NCBI GenBank assembly: GCA_965205865.1
Contig: CBDBHR010000028.1
Location: forward strand, 288,001 to 352,000
Reading direction: 5' to 3'
Source: a bacterium
GTDB lineage: Bacteria > SAR324 > NAC60-12
DNA length: 64,000 nt
Part shown: positions 11,131 to 20,900 of the stretch, one piece after another
How the letters are laid out: every line of letters starts with the position of its first letter
How positions within the stretch are numbered: position 1 is the stretch's first letter
Program-made: the position numbers and the translations under genes
Notes under the pieces: generated by a model
Database searches by the model: none
Told to the model about the DNA's origin: nothing
What the model saw: only the letters and a program-made list of their open reading frames with translations

Positions 11131-11595
11131 CTAATTCCACAAAGAATTGGCAGACAGCGCTTCCTCCATTTGCAAGAGCTTCGCTTCGAATTCATCCAGA
11201 ACCCCTTCTATTTGTTCAGAATATTTTCGTAAATCCTGCAATTGGTTTAATAGGTTATCAACGGTTGTTTCAGAAGACGCATGTGAAGAATACTTTAAAG
11301 AAACCCGATTGAACAAATTCTCGCATTCCACGGTGATATCCGCGAGTTCATCTTTAATGGCAAGCAGAGAAAAGGTATTCAAATGGAGGTGTTCCGGAAA
11401 CCCCTCAGCAGGCAACGGACCATCTTTTTCAAAAGCATGGAGAGGTTTTTGGTGGTCCTGAAGGTAAGTTGAAATTTGCTTCAAGAGTGATTCAAACTTT
11501 GTGACCAACGCATTGTAAGCATTTTTATATGTTTTGATTTCCTCATAGCGAGAGGAAAAGAGGGTTTTGAACATTTTTTGCAAGGGATTGAACAT
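11131..11595 (-). CDS. Hypothetical helical protein
   Basis: 154-aa ORF directly downstream of tRNA-Thr; the longer predicted start overlaps the tRNA. Confidence 0.6.
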   Translation of the reverse strand: MFNPLQKMFKTLFSSRYEEIKTYKNAYNALVTKFESLLKQISTYLQDHQKPLHAFEKDGPLPAEGFPEHLHLNTFSLLAIKDELADITVECENLFNRVSLKYSSHASSETTVDNLLNQLQDLRKYSEQIEGVLDEFEAKLLQMEEALSANSLWN

Positions 11596-11646
11596 AGGCT
11601 CGCGTCTAAAATAAGGTGACGTATCAAAGTAATATTTGAAAGCGAT

Positions 11647-11722
11647 TGGAGCCCACGACGGGACTTGAACCTGCGACCTGCTCATTACGAATGAGCTGCT
11701 CTACCAGCTGAGCTACGTGGGC
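11647..11722 (-). tRNA. tRNA-Thr(CGT)
   Basis: Reverse complement GCCCACGTAGCTCAGCTGGTAGAGCAGCTCATTCGTAATGAGCAGGTCGCAGGTTCAAGTCCCGTCGTGGGCTCCA; anticodon loop TT-CGT-AA; encoded CCA. Confidence 0.96.
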
Positions 11723-11812
11723 GTCCGCAGAAACTCTACGTGCTTTAAAAAAATTAGTCAATTGACACAATGGCAGAATTGTTGATTCATCCTTAAAGGA
11801 AAAGAAATTCAT

Positions 11813-12688
11813 ATGGCAGTATCTATGACAGGGTTTGGGACAGGCAAAGTGAACCGGGAAAACTGGCAGTGCACGACAGAAATTCGAAGTGTCAACAATC
11901 GTTTCTTGGATGTCACCATTCGTCTGCCCAATGGGTTTCAACATTTTTCTTCTCCGCTCAAACTACTCATCCAAAATGTATGTCAACGCGGAAAAGTGGA
12001 TTGCAGCGTTACAATATCAGCCGCAGAGCAAGGTAGTGATTCCCTCTACTTGAATGCGGAACTCGCTGATAATTACGGAACCCTTTTGGAGGAATTCCGC
12101 GCCTTGACCCAGTTACCAGTCTCAGTCAGCTTGTCGGATCTTCTCAAGGTCCAAGACTTGATCCAATGTCTGCAACCGGACCCGGAATCTGATTTTTTTT
12201 CAGCACTGATCCATCAGTCGCTGGAAATTGCCCTGGCCCAATTGAAAAACATGCGGGTCAAAGAGGGCCTTGCGTTGTTGACGGATATTCAGAAACGATT
12301 GTCGACAAGCACGTCGCTATTGAATGAAGTGGACGCCATTGCGCAAGAATTGCCTTCCCAGCATTACCTGCGATTGTGCGAAAAATTGGCCTCCTTGGAT
12401 GGTCATTTGGAAATAAATGAAGATCGAGTCCATCAAGAAATCGCCCTTTTTGTCGAACGTGGAGACATAACTGAAGAAATTATCCGACTTCGTACCCATC
12501 TGGAGCATATGGAAAGTGTGCTTCTGGAAGAAGAGGTGGGTCGACGAGCCGATTTTTTGCTACAGGAATGCAATCGAGAAATCAATACGATTGCCTCAAA
12601 AAGCAACAATGCTCCCATCAGTCAGCTGGTTGTCGAGATCAAAGGACAATTTGAAAAAATACGCGAACAAGTTCAGAATATTGAGTGA
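11813..12688 (+). CDS. yicC: YicC/YloC family endoribonuclease
   Basis: SMTGFG, EIRSVNNRFLD, DITEE..RL..H, GRR.DFLLQE.NRE.NTIASK and IREQVQNIE motifs. Confidence 0.93.
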   Translation: MAVSMTGFGTGKVNRENWQCTTEIRSVNNRFLDVTIRLPNGFQHFSSPLKLLIQNVCQRGKVDCSVTISAAEQGSDSLYLNAELADNYGTLLEEFRALTQLPVSVSLSDLLKVQDLIQCLQPDPESDFFSALIHQSLEIALAQLKNMRVKEGLALLTDIQKRLSTSTSLLNEVDAIAQELPSQHYLRLCEKLASLDGHLEINEDRVHQEIALFVERGDITEEIIRLRTHLEHMESVLLEEEVGRRADFLLQECNREINTIASKSNNAPISQLVVEIKGQFEKIREQVQNIE

Positions 12689-12735
12689 TCTTCCTCGGGC
12701 GGTCCCGTATTGTCGTCGTATCATTAGGAAAGACC

Positions 12736-13293
12736 ATGAAAATCACACTGGCAGGAGTTCCGGGATCCGGGAAATCCACTCTTCGACGTCAACTAGCCAA
12801 ACGCTTTGATCTCACCATCAAAGGGACTGGTGATTTCATGAGAAGCATTGCACTCGAATATGGATATGACGACATTACAAAATTTTTAGTGGAGTATGTC
12901 TCCCGGCATCCGGAAATGGATCATGAAATCGATGAAGCGCAAAGACGATTTGGCGCAGAGCATCAGAACTTCGTTTTAGATGCTCATTTGGGATTTTTAT
13001 TTGTCCCGGATTCTATAAAAATTTTTCTGAAATGCGATCCACAAATCGCTGCCCAACGTATTTTAAGAGCCAAACGAAAAACAGAAGCTGCTCGAGATAC
13101 GCAGTCGGTCAGGAATGCCAATCAGCAACGAATGCAAACGATGAAAACCAATTTCAAGAAACTGTATGGCGTGGAAATCCATCATCAGGCCAATTTTGAT
13201 TTTGTTCTCGATACCACCAGACTGAGCCCTGCAGAGGTGATGAAACAAGTTGTAGATTATATCGAATCTCGCATGGAGATTCCCGAACGGTAG
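12736..13293 (+). CDS. cmk: Cytidylate kinase, short archaeal-type family
   Basis: MKITLAGVPGSGKST P-loop, GDFMR.IA, KIFL.CD and DFVLDTT motifs. Confidence 0.75.
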   Translation: MKITLAGVPGSGKSTLRRQLAKRFDLTIKGTGDFMRSIALEYGYDDITKFLVEYVSRHPEMDHEIDEAQRRFGAEHQNFVLDAHLGFLFVPDSIKIFLKCDPQIAAQRILRAKRKTEAARDTQSVRNANQQRMQTMKTNFKKLYGVEIHHQANFDFVLDTTRLSPAEVMKQVVDYIESRMEIPER

Positions 13294-13653
13294 CCATGCT
13301 TGCGCTCCTGCTTCCCACTTTGATAAATCGCGCATTTCAACGACATGAATTTAATGCGAGCTTGCGATCACAAAACCCTTCCTGAAAGGCGCCAGGGGCG
13401 AGTCTTAATGAGTGTTCGAGTAAATAAATTCATATTCCGGGACTTGACTTTGGACTCACGTCTGCATTAATTCGTTCCTACATTTTATGTGGCAACGCGA
13501 AAATGGACGTTTTGCGTCCTTTGTGACCGTAAAGCAGACATAGCCGGAAGTTCTCGATTCGTAAGCCCATTTTAGCAAATTTTTGTTTTGATCTCGAACC
13601 GACGTTTAATTAACTTGTATTTTAAAACACAAATGGTAGCATTTCACTCCAGT

Positions 13654-13731
13654 CGGGGTATAGCGCAGCCTGGCTAGCGCACCTGCTTTGGGAGCAGGGG
13701 GTCGCAGGTTCGAGTCCTGCTACCCCGACCA
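13654..13731 (+). tRNA. tRNA-Pro(TGG)
   Basis: CGGGGTATAGCGCAGCCTGGCTAGCGCACCTGCTTTGGGAGCAGGGGGTCGCAGGTTCGAGTCCTGCTACCCCGACCA. Confidence 0.96.
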
Positions 13732-14052
13732 ATAAAATCAATGTCTTTGCCCGATCGGGTAAAATTTCCAAGAGCCTTTAGTGTCAGTTGAGCAAGCGAT
13801 TGACTTCAATGCCAATCACCTAAGAAAGCGATACCTGACCTGATTTCATCGCCAATACAGATGCCTCGACAGGTGAATAGTGAACATAATTGACAACTTC
13901 ACTATTGCCTAGGTGAGCTCCTGCCTCATTTTATGCTAAGAAAAATGCGTGCTTAAATCGAAGAAATCTCTAAAGAAACCTGAATAGTCACGTTTCAGGA
14001 CAACATGTTGACTGGTTTGCCAGGGACTGCGATACCGAATTGCCGCCCGCTG

Positions 14053-15306
14053 TCAGTTGATATAATATCGCAGGATTTTTTCACTTTCCTCCCGTTTGAC
14101 CATCAAGGCAATCTCCCGTTCCGATTGCAATTTTTGCAGAAGCCCCATGGCTTTGGTCACATTGTCAATCATCGTTTCATTGATGGAGAGAATTATATCA
14201 TTCTTCTTCAGCCCCAAGACTTCGTACATGCTGCCTTTTTTAATGAATTTGAATTGAAAGAATGTTTGTTGATCGATGGTGACGGGCACCACTCGGGCAT
14301 CCTGCAGGATTTTAGCAAAATCAGACAGTTGCTCATCCACCCATTCGCGTTGCAAATGAAATGTTTCCTGATCTGCAGATATGGGAGCGCCACTGATTTG
14401 GTTCGACTCGGCAAGAATCACTACTTTTTTGACATCAGATTCCGGCTTCGATTTGGGTTTGGGTTTCAGTTGGGGTTTGGGTTTCGTTTTTAACGGGCTC
14501 GCTCGAGATTCCGTTTTTGCCTGTAACACGGGTTCCGGGATTTGTTTTTTCTCTTCCGCGCGCGTCAACTCAGTAGTCGTGGCTCCCGGCTCCTCCATTA
14601 TCAACCATTCTTCCATACCGTCTTTGAGAAGGGCTACTTTTCGGTTCATCACTTTTATAAGCTTTAAACTATCTGGGGGACAGTCCCGATTCTTTTTCAA
14701 ATCCATCAGTGAAAAACAATCACCTGTTGCCAATATCTTTTCATTTTTTTCATTTTTTTTAGCAATGAAGGAATAGGATGATTGCGGATATTTGGCAACT
14801 ATAGTCCCTCGTAACTCGAGGTCCAGTTGGTTAATTGAACCTTCTGAGATTGGTTCAGGAAAAGGCGCTGGCATGGGAGGTGGGGCCTTCACTATCTCCT
14901 GGGGGGGTGTTTTCTCTTCCTCTTTCTCTTTTGCAGCAATCTTTTCCACCTGGATCACTTTTGCTGATTGAGATTCGCCTTCCCGGATCACTCGCTCTTC
15001 CGGAGGCGGCAAAGGACGGGTTTCAGCGGGTAATTCCCTACGCTTAGCATCAAAAACATTCTGTTCGAGCACCAAAACAAATGCCTCTTTTTCGATTTCC
15101 GGATCCTCGGGGAGTGGTAACTTGGGCAGTACGACAGGTCTCCGTGATTGCGCAGGGTGATTAAGAATCTCCCTGCGAATCAATTGCCCTGCCAGCATAC
15201 CCAAAGCAAACATGGCTCCCAATGCGAGTAGCCAAGTTAAGCATAGGACAAGCAAGGATCCCGAAAATAGACGTTTGGAAATGATGCCGGGGATTGAATG
15301 TTTCAT
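14053..15306 (-). CDS. Type II secretion GspC-like protein with C-terminal PDZ domain
   Basis: N-terminal TM segment, LELRGTI homology region, ILQDARVVP and LGLKKNDIILSIN PDZ pattern; start uncertain. Confidence 0.75.
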   Translation of the reverse strand: MKHSIPGIISKRLFSGSLLVLCLTWLLALGAMFALGMLAGQLIRREILNHPAQSRRPVVLPKLPLPEDPEIEKEAFVLVLEQNVFDAKRRELPAETRPLPPPEERVIREGESQSAKVIQVEKIAAKEKEEEKTPPQEIVKAPPPMPAPFPEPISEGSINQLDLELRGTIVAKYPQSSYSFIAKKNEKNEKILATGDCFSLMDLKKNRDCPPDSLKLIKVMNRKVALLKDGMEEWLIMEEPGATTTELTRAEEKKQIPEPVLQAKTESRASPLKTKPKPQLKPKPKSKPESDVKKVVILAESNQISGAPISADQETFHLQREWVDEQLSDFAKILQDARVVPVTIDQQTFFQFKFIKKGSMYEVLGLKKNDIILSINETMIDNVTKAMGLLQKLQSEREIALMVKREESEKILRYYIN

Positions 15307-15526
15307 TAAGGAACAAACCTTAAATAACCTGTAATTATTCCAATGGTGTGAGCAAAATTGGGGGACATGTACACCGCTGCGCATCCCAACTCTACTGTTT
15401 TATGCCTGCTGTTACGTGTCCCCTAATTTTGCGTATCCATACTTCTAACTTATTTAAATTTCATTCCTAAAGGACTGGTTTTCCAATGGGGAGTGACCCG
15501 TTGGCAATCAAGGGACGGATTCCGTT

Positions 15527-15718
15527 TTACAGGATACGTTCATAGGATTTTTTGGCGGAATCCGGACTTCTCTCGAATTCGTCAGCCGGGTTTTGTTCCG
15601 GACTAAAGTTCCGTTCCCAGGGCAATTCATGGGTGTAAAGATAAACTATGGCTAATAGCAAAAGAGCAAAAAAGATGAGAATCGCCTTTTTTTCCTTAGG
15701 ATCAAAATTATCCAGCAT
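15527..15718 (-). CDS. Small single-pass membrane hypothetical protein
   Basis: 63 aa, one hydrophobic segment, GGAG RBS upstream. Confidence 0.55.
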   Translation of the reverse strand: MLDNFDPKEKKAILIFFALLLLAIVYLYTHELPWERNFSPEQNPADEFERSPDSAKKSYERIL

Positions 15719-16046
15719 AAACTCCCTATATTTTCCTGCACCTTCAAAATCTAATGAATAATGCGTCTCTGAAAGACGATCTTCAGTTTAGCAGAGGACT
15801 TACCACATGTCAGTATTTAACCTCCCGCAATCGCATACTCCGCAGTCTTGCCGCTTGTTTTCGGACAGATGTGGATTGGGCTGCCGTTCAATCTCACTTG
15901 TCCGGGGTAATGTAAACTTCGTATTTCTCTGATATACTGTGAAAAACCGGAACTTGGAAACCCGGGCCAAGTATCAAACTTGCGACGCCATGTCAATGTC
16001 GGCAGTTTGAATGCATCCTTCAATCGGATTGATAAGGAGATCTTAT

Positions 16047-17372
16047 ATGGAGCCGATTTTTGTTGTAGATAACGAACCAGCCATTTGCGAAACCGTGAAA
16101 GGGGTTTTGCAGGACGAGGGCTATTCGGCGATTTCTTGCCCGGACGCTGATACTTTGTTCAAAAAAATAGATTCCCAACACCCTTCCCTGGTCTTGCTCG
16201 ATATTTGGTTGCCTGGCACGGACGGGATGGAAATTCTACGCCAATTCAAAACCACTTTTCCTCACATTCCCGTGATCATGATGAGTGGGCATGCCGGGAT
16301 TGACGCAGCAGTCAATGCCATCAAGAGAGGGGCTTTTGATTTCCTGGAAAAACCACTCACCCTGGAAGTGTTGTTGGAGAAAGTCGCAGCGGCACTCACT
16401 ATCCAACCTCAGAAAGAAACCGGCAAACTACCATCCGAGTCACAAACTGCAAGGATGACCGGCCAAGCAATCTATGCAGACGCACTTTCCCTTGTAGAAT
16501 CCAAGCAACCACAGCGTACTTTGAAAAAAAACGTAGTGCTCAATGGTCATGGATTGTTGACTGGTCGCAATACAGGTATCATTGTCAGTCCGCTTGGCGT
16601 CAATGAGGGGATCGTTTTCCAAACCTTGGATGGCTACGCAATCCCGGCCCACATCACGTCCCTGGAAAATTTCTCCCAGATTGATACAACCTCCCGGACC
16701 TTTACCGTTAATTCCACGGTCTTGGCTCGTAACGGACATCGAGTACGAACGGTAGAACATTTGATGGGCGCCTTGTCAATGTTTGGTCTGACTAATGTTC
16801 AAATTAAGACAGATGAGGAAATTCCCAATATAGATAGTTCTGCAGAAGGATTTTGCCAGTTGATCCAAGAAGCTGGAGTTGTTGATCAATCGGCCCATGC
16901 AAAATGCATTGTAGTGCATGAAAAATTGGGGGTCGGCATTGAAAACCTAAAAGAAAAGCACTTGTTTGTGGAACCCTTTGATGGCTTTGAAATCCAAATG
17001 CGCGTCAACTACCCTCCTCCCATTCGTGTGCAATCCTTTACTTTCAATGGCAAGCAGCATTCTTTTGAGGAGGAAATCGCACCCGCCCGCACATTCAACA
17101 CCTTTGAAAACATTGACATGGCTCAAAAAATAGGAAAGATCGGAAGCGGATATTTGAATTCCCACATCATTATGCATGATGGCAAAGTGATCAACACGAA
17201 ACTGCGATATCCCGATGAGTTTGTGCGGCATAAAATTTTGGATTTGATTGGAGACCTCTACCTCATCGGCTTTCCTATCCAAGGTCGTTTTATTGCCAAC
17301 ATGACCTCCCACAGTTACAACCATTCATTGATAAAAAAAATACACGTGGCTCTTATGGGTAACTCTTCATGA
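16047..17372 (+). CDS. lpxC: Fusion of a response-regulator receiver domain and UDP-3-O-acyl-GlcNAc deacetylase
   Basis: Receiver: VVDNE, LLDIWLPGTDG, MSGH, FLEKP. LpxC: QRTL, TVEHLM.AL, EIAPARTF, DEFVRHKILDLIGDL. AAGGAG RBS before the ATG at 16047. Confidence 0.88.
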   Translation: MEPIFVVDNEPAICETVKGVLQDEGYSAISCPDADTLFKKIDSQHPSLVLLDIWLPGTDGMEILRQFKTTFPHIPVIMMSGHAGIDAAVNAIKRGAFDFLEKPLTLEVLLEKVAAALTIQPQKETGKLPSESQTARMTGQAIYADALSLVESKQPQRTLKKNVVLNGHGLLTGRNTGIIVSPLGVNEGIVFQTLDGYAIPAHITSLENFSQIDTTSRTFTVNSTVLARNGHRVRTVEHLMGALSMFGLTNVQIKTDEEIPNIDSSAEGFCQLIQEAGVVDQSAHAKCIVVHEKLGVGIENLKEKHLFVEPFDGFEIQMRVNYPPPIRVQSFTFNGKQHSFEEEIAPARTFNTFENIDMAQKIGKIGSGYLNSHIIMHDGKVINTKLRYPDEFVRHKILDLIGDLYLIGFPIQGRFIANMTSHSYNHSLIKKIHVALMGNSS

Positions 17373-17818
17373 ACTATTCTCGTCATAAATGCCGTGAACA
17401 CGCCTTGCAGTGCCTTTATCAGATTGAAATCCTCGAATCGGCTTCCCCCAAGGGAATTGATTATTTTCTGGAACAGCTCAACGTCATGGAAGAAGCCAGG
17501 CAATTCACGCGCAGCTTGATTGCGGGAACCCTGGAGCATGCGCCACAAATTGATGCGCTCTTAATTGCGATCATGGAAGAATGGCGCCTGGAACGGCTCT
17601 CTATCGTGGTGCGCAATTTATTGCGTCTTTCTGTTTATGAAATGAAATTCTCCCAAGAGACCCCTTATGAAGTTATTATCGACGAAGCAGTAATCATGGC
17701 AAAGGAATTTGTTGATGACGTGGCCCGTAGTTTTGTCAATAAAGTCTTACAAAATATTCACGATGCTTCCTCCTCGTCCCCGGACCTCTTCCCTTTCCCT
17801 GCAATTCCTGAAAGCTAA
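17369..17818 (+). CDS. nusB: Transcription antitermination factor NusB
   Basis: R...RE.ALQ.LYQ, WRLERL, VIIDEAV..AKEF and FVN.VL motifs. Confidence 0.92.
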   Translation: MNYSRHKCREHALQCLYQIEILESASPKGIDYFLEQLNVMEEARQFTRSLIAGTLEHAPQIDALLIAIMEEWRLERLSIVVRNLLRLSVYEMKFSQETPYEVIIDEAVIMAKEFVDDVARSFVNKVLQNIHDASSSSPDLFPFPAIPES

Positions 17819-17984
17819 CCCCATGCAGGCTCTCCCAACCATTATCGAGGGCCAATTTGCCGCTCTTGACGCAACTCACATTTATCCTGCAAAGTGGTGT
17901 CATTAAATTATGATTGATATTGAACTTTATTTGCCTGGAATGGTATATTCATAAGACTTTCAATCATCTTCGAGGTGGTGTTCC

Positions 17985-20900
17985 ATGGAAAATCGGTCTT
18001 TGTTTTTACAAGCAGAAGCCATGTCTAAAGACCTCTCTTTGCTTCCTGAAGAGAGGCTCCCTTTTTTTGATGAGTCCTCGCTACTTGGACTTGTTTCCCA
18101 AGAAGACATTAAAAAAAACATTGACCGCTTGCGGCGACTGGACGTCGACGAATACATTCGGCAGACGGTTCTTCCTACGGAGAATCCTAAACGCCGTAGT
18201 GCGCCGGAAGTGATTAAAAATCTGCGCGGCAAGTTGATCAAAGAGGAATTAGATGGCCCACTTTACGTGGCGGAGATTGAATTTTTTACTAACAATCGAC
18301 TGCGACGTTTTGGCGTAATTGCGCAAAATCGCAAAAATCAGGCAGGTGTTTGGTACCCCCAGCATCATCTGAAAGCAGCAGAGTACGCTCGATTTTTTGC
18401 ATCTCACGGCATGCCGCTCATTACATTCATGGACACCCCCGGTGCAGCAGCGGATACGGAAGCCAACCTGCGCAATCAGTCCCATAGCATCTCCTTTTTC
18501 ATTGCCGAAATGGCCAACCTCGAAATTCCGACACTGGGGATCGTATATGGACAAGGCTATAGCGGTGGCGCCATTCCTCTGGCCACTACCAATATCCTCT
18601 TGTCAGTGAGAGATGGGGTCTTCAACACCATTTATCCGAAAGGATTGAGCAACATTGCCCGCAAGTACAACTTATCCTGGGAGGAATGTGCCAAGTATAT
18701 TGGGGTTTCCGCCTTTGAATTGAATGCGGCAGGTTATTTTGACGGGATCATCGATTACACTCCGGAAGAGCCTCATCTGCTCGATAATTTGCAAAATGCG
18801 ATTTTGAGTGCCGTTGAGTGTATTGAAGACAACTCTAAAAAGCTCTTGAAAAGTCACAACCTGTTTTTTTGGGAACATTACCAGGAAAGTTTGAATCATT
18901 ACCTGAATCCTTCAGAGATGTTGATTGAGGATAATATTCTGACGGACAAGACCCCCACTGGGATTCTCAACATATTTGGCGATGTCAATCGTTTTTTGCG
19001 TTACTTGAAGCTCCGCCAAAAAATCACAAGTCAATCCGTACTTCATTATGCCAGGCTCAGTACGATGCCGCAAGGCCAACTCCAGGAACGATTAGCAAGA
19101 GAACAGCGCGAAAAATTTCAAAACTGGCTCAAATCCCCTGTGGAACTGCGTTACCATGACAATTTGTTCAGGAAATATAAACGTTTCAGAGAAGCCTGTC
19201 AAAATCGGGAAAATCAACGGAGGAGGTTGGTGACTTTTTTCATTGGGGATCCTAAAGAAAGGTTTGAAACAGCAACTAAAGAATTGACCTCCGAGGTGCT
19301 TTTGTTCCTTTATAATTACTGGAAGGAAAACGCCATTGAGAATCTCACCCAGTTGTATGAATACCTCAAGTATTTCAAATCGACCGTTACCTTGCCAGAT
19401 CAGAATGTGACGTTGTTGGAAGCATTGCAAAATGAGCATCTTTGCCACAGTTTTCAAAGAAATTTTCAAAACATCATTTTGTTTGATCATTTATATGATG
19501 GCGTGATGAATAACCTGACGATGATTGCAGGAGAATTGAATGGCACCAACCAGATTTCCCGGAAATCAGTGGAAAAATTATTTGAAAGTTCCTTCGATTC
19601 AGCTATTCAGGAATTTGAAAACCACTCTCCGGATCTTCAAACAACCGATGCCAAAGAACGTTTTTTCAAATGGCTGCAGCTTTTCATCACTCAAAAAAAC
19701 TGCGACGAAATCATGCATAATATCAGTGATTGGAAACAGCGTGCTTTTCCCCGTCTCAGTCAGCCCTTGTTCGGTTTGGTCCGCTATTATTTTGCTACCT
19801 TACTTCCGGCCTTGAATACCGCGGAGTCGGATAGCGATTCACGGAAGCAAAAAAAATTCAGCGGCAAGATCACTCCCCGCAATATCGGCATCAAGGACTT
19901 TTGGAACCGCCTGGACCGAGCATACAAAGATCTCCTCATTCAAGACCTGCTCCGGGAGTACAAAAAAAAGCCAATTACCCCAAAGCGCATCATTGATTAT
20001 TTTTTTGAAGACTTCGAAGAATTGTACCACGACCGCATTACCGTCGATCCGGTAAAATTTCCCGGGTTTCGCCAGTCGGTAGAGCAAGCTTTGCAGAAAG
20101 GAGTGACCCCATGTGGTATCATCACCGGTTTGGCAACGTTCGCGGATGAAAATCAGCGCAACCGGGTCGGGCTGGCCATAAGCAATACCAAATTTCAAGC
20201 AGGAGCCTTCGACATGGCAAGCAGTGAGAAAATTTGTCAACTGCTGGCCGAATGCACAAAGCATAAACTGCCACTCATTATGTTTATCTCCGCAGGAGGG
20301 ATGCAAACTAAAGAAGGGGCGGGGGCGCTTTTTTCCATGCCGGTGTTGAATGACCGCATGACTCGCTTCATCAAAGACAATGAATTGCCTGTGATTTGTT
20401 TCGGATTCCGGGATTGTATGGGAGGCGCCCAAGCCAGCTTCGTCACCCATCGCCTGGTCAAAACCTATTACTTTTCAGGGACCATCATGTCATTTGCCGG
20501 GCAATTGGTCGTGGAGAGTCACTTGCCCATGAATGCGATTTTGTCCAACTACCTTTCCAACACGCCGGGAAGTATGGAAGGTCTCGTTCACAATCCTTTT
20601 GATGAAGCCATCGATGCTAAACTGAAAGAAGCGGATCCTCAAATCCCTCTGGCCCAATTGACGGTGAGGGATGTGATTTCCAAAATTATGGCCGGCGAGT
20701 ATCGTCCGTATTTCAAACCCGAAGAAAACGCCATTGCTCAAATTTTCGAAGAAAAACTTCACTTGGGCCCCATTCAACGAATATTGATTCATGCGCGTGG
20801 CTGCACTGCAACACGCTTGATTTATGCAGCTCATGAGGCGGGTCTGGAAGTGGTACTTGTACAATCCGACCCGGATATGGATAGCTATCCGGCCAATTTA

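Noticed and set aside
13654-14050. tRNA-Pro or tRNA-Thr as the island integration site
   Set aside because: No integrase is nearby, no repeated tRNA 3' end was noticed, and the accessory region begins after leuA.
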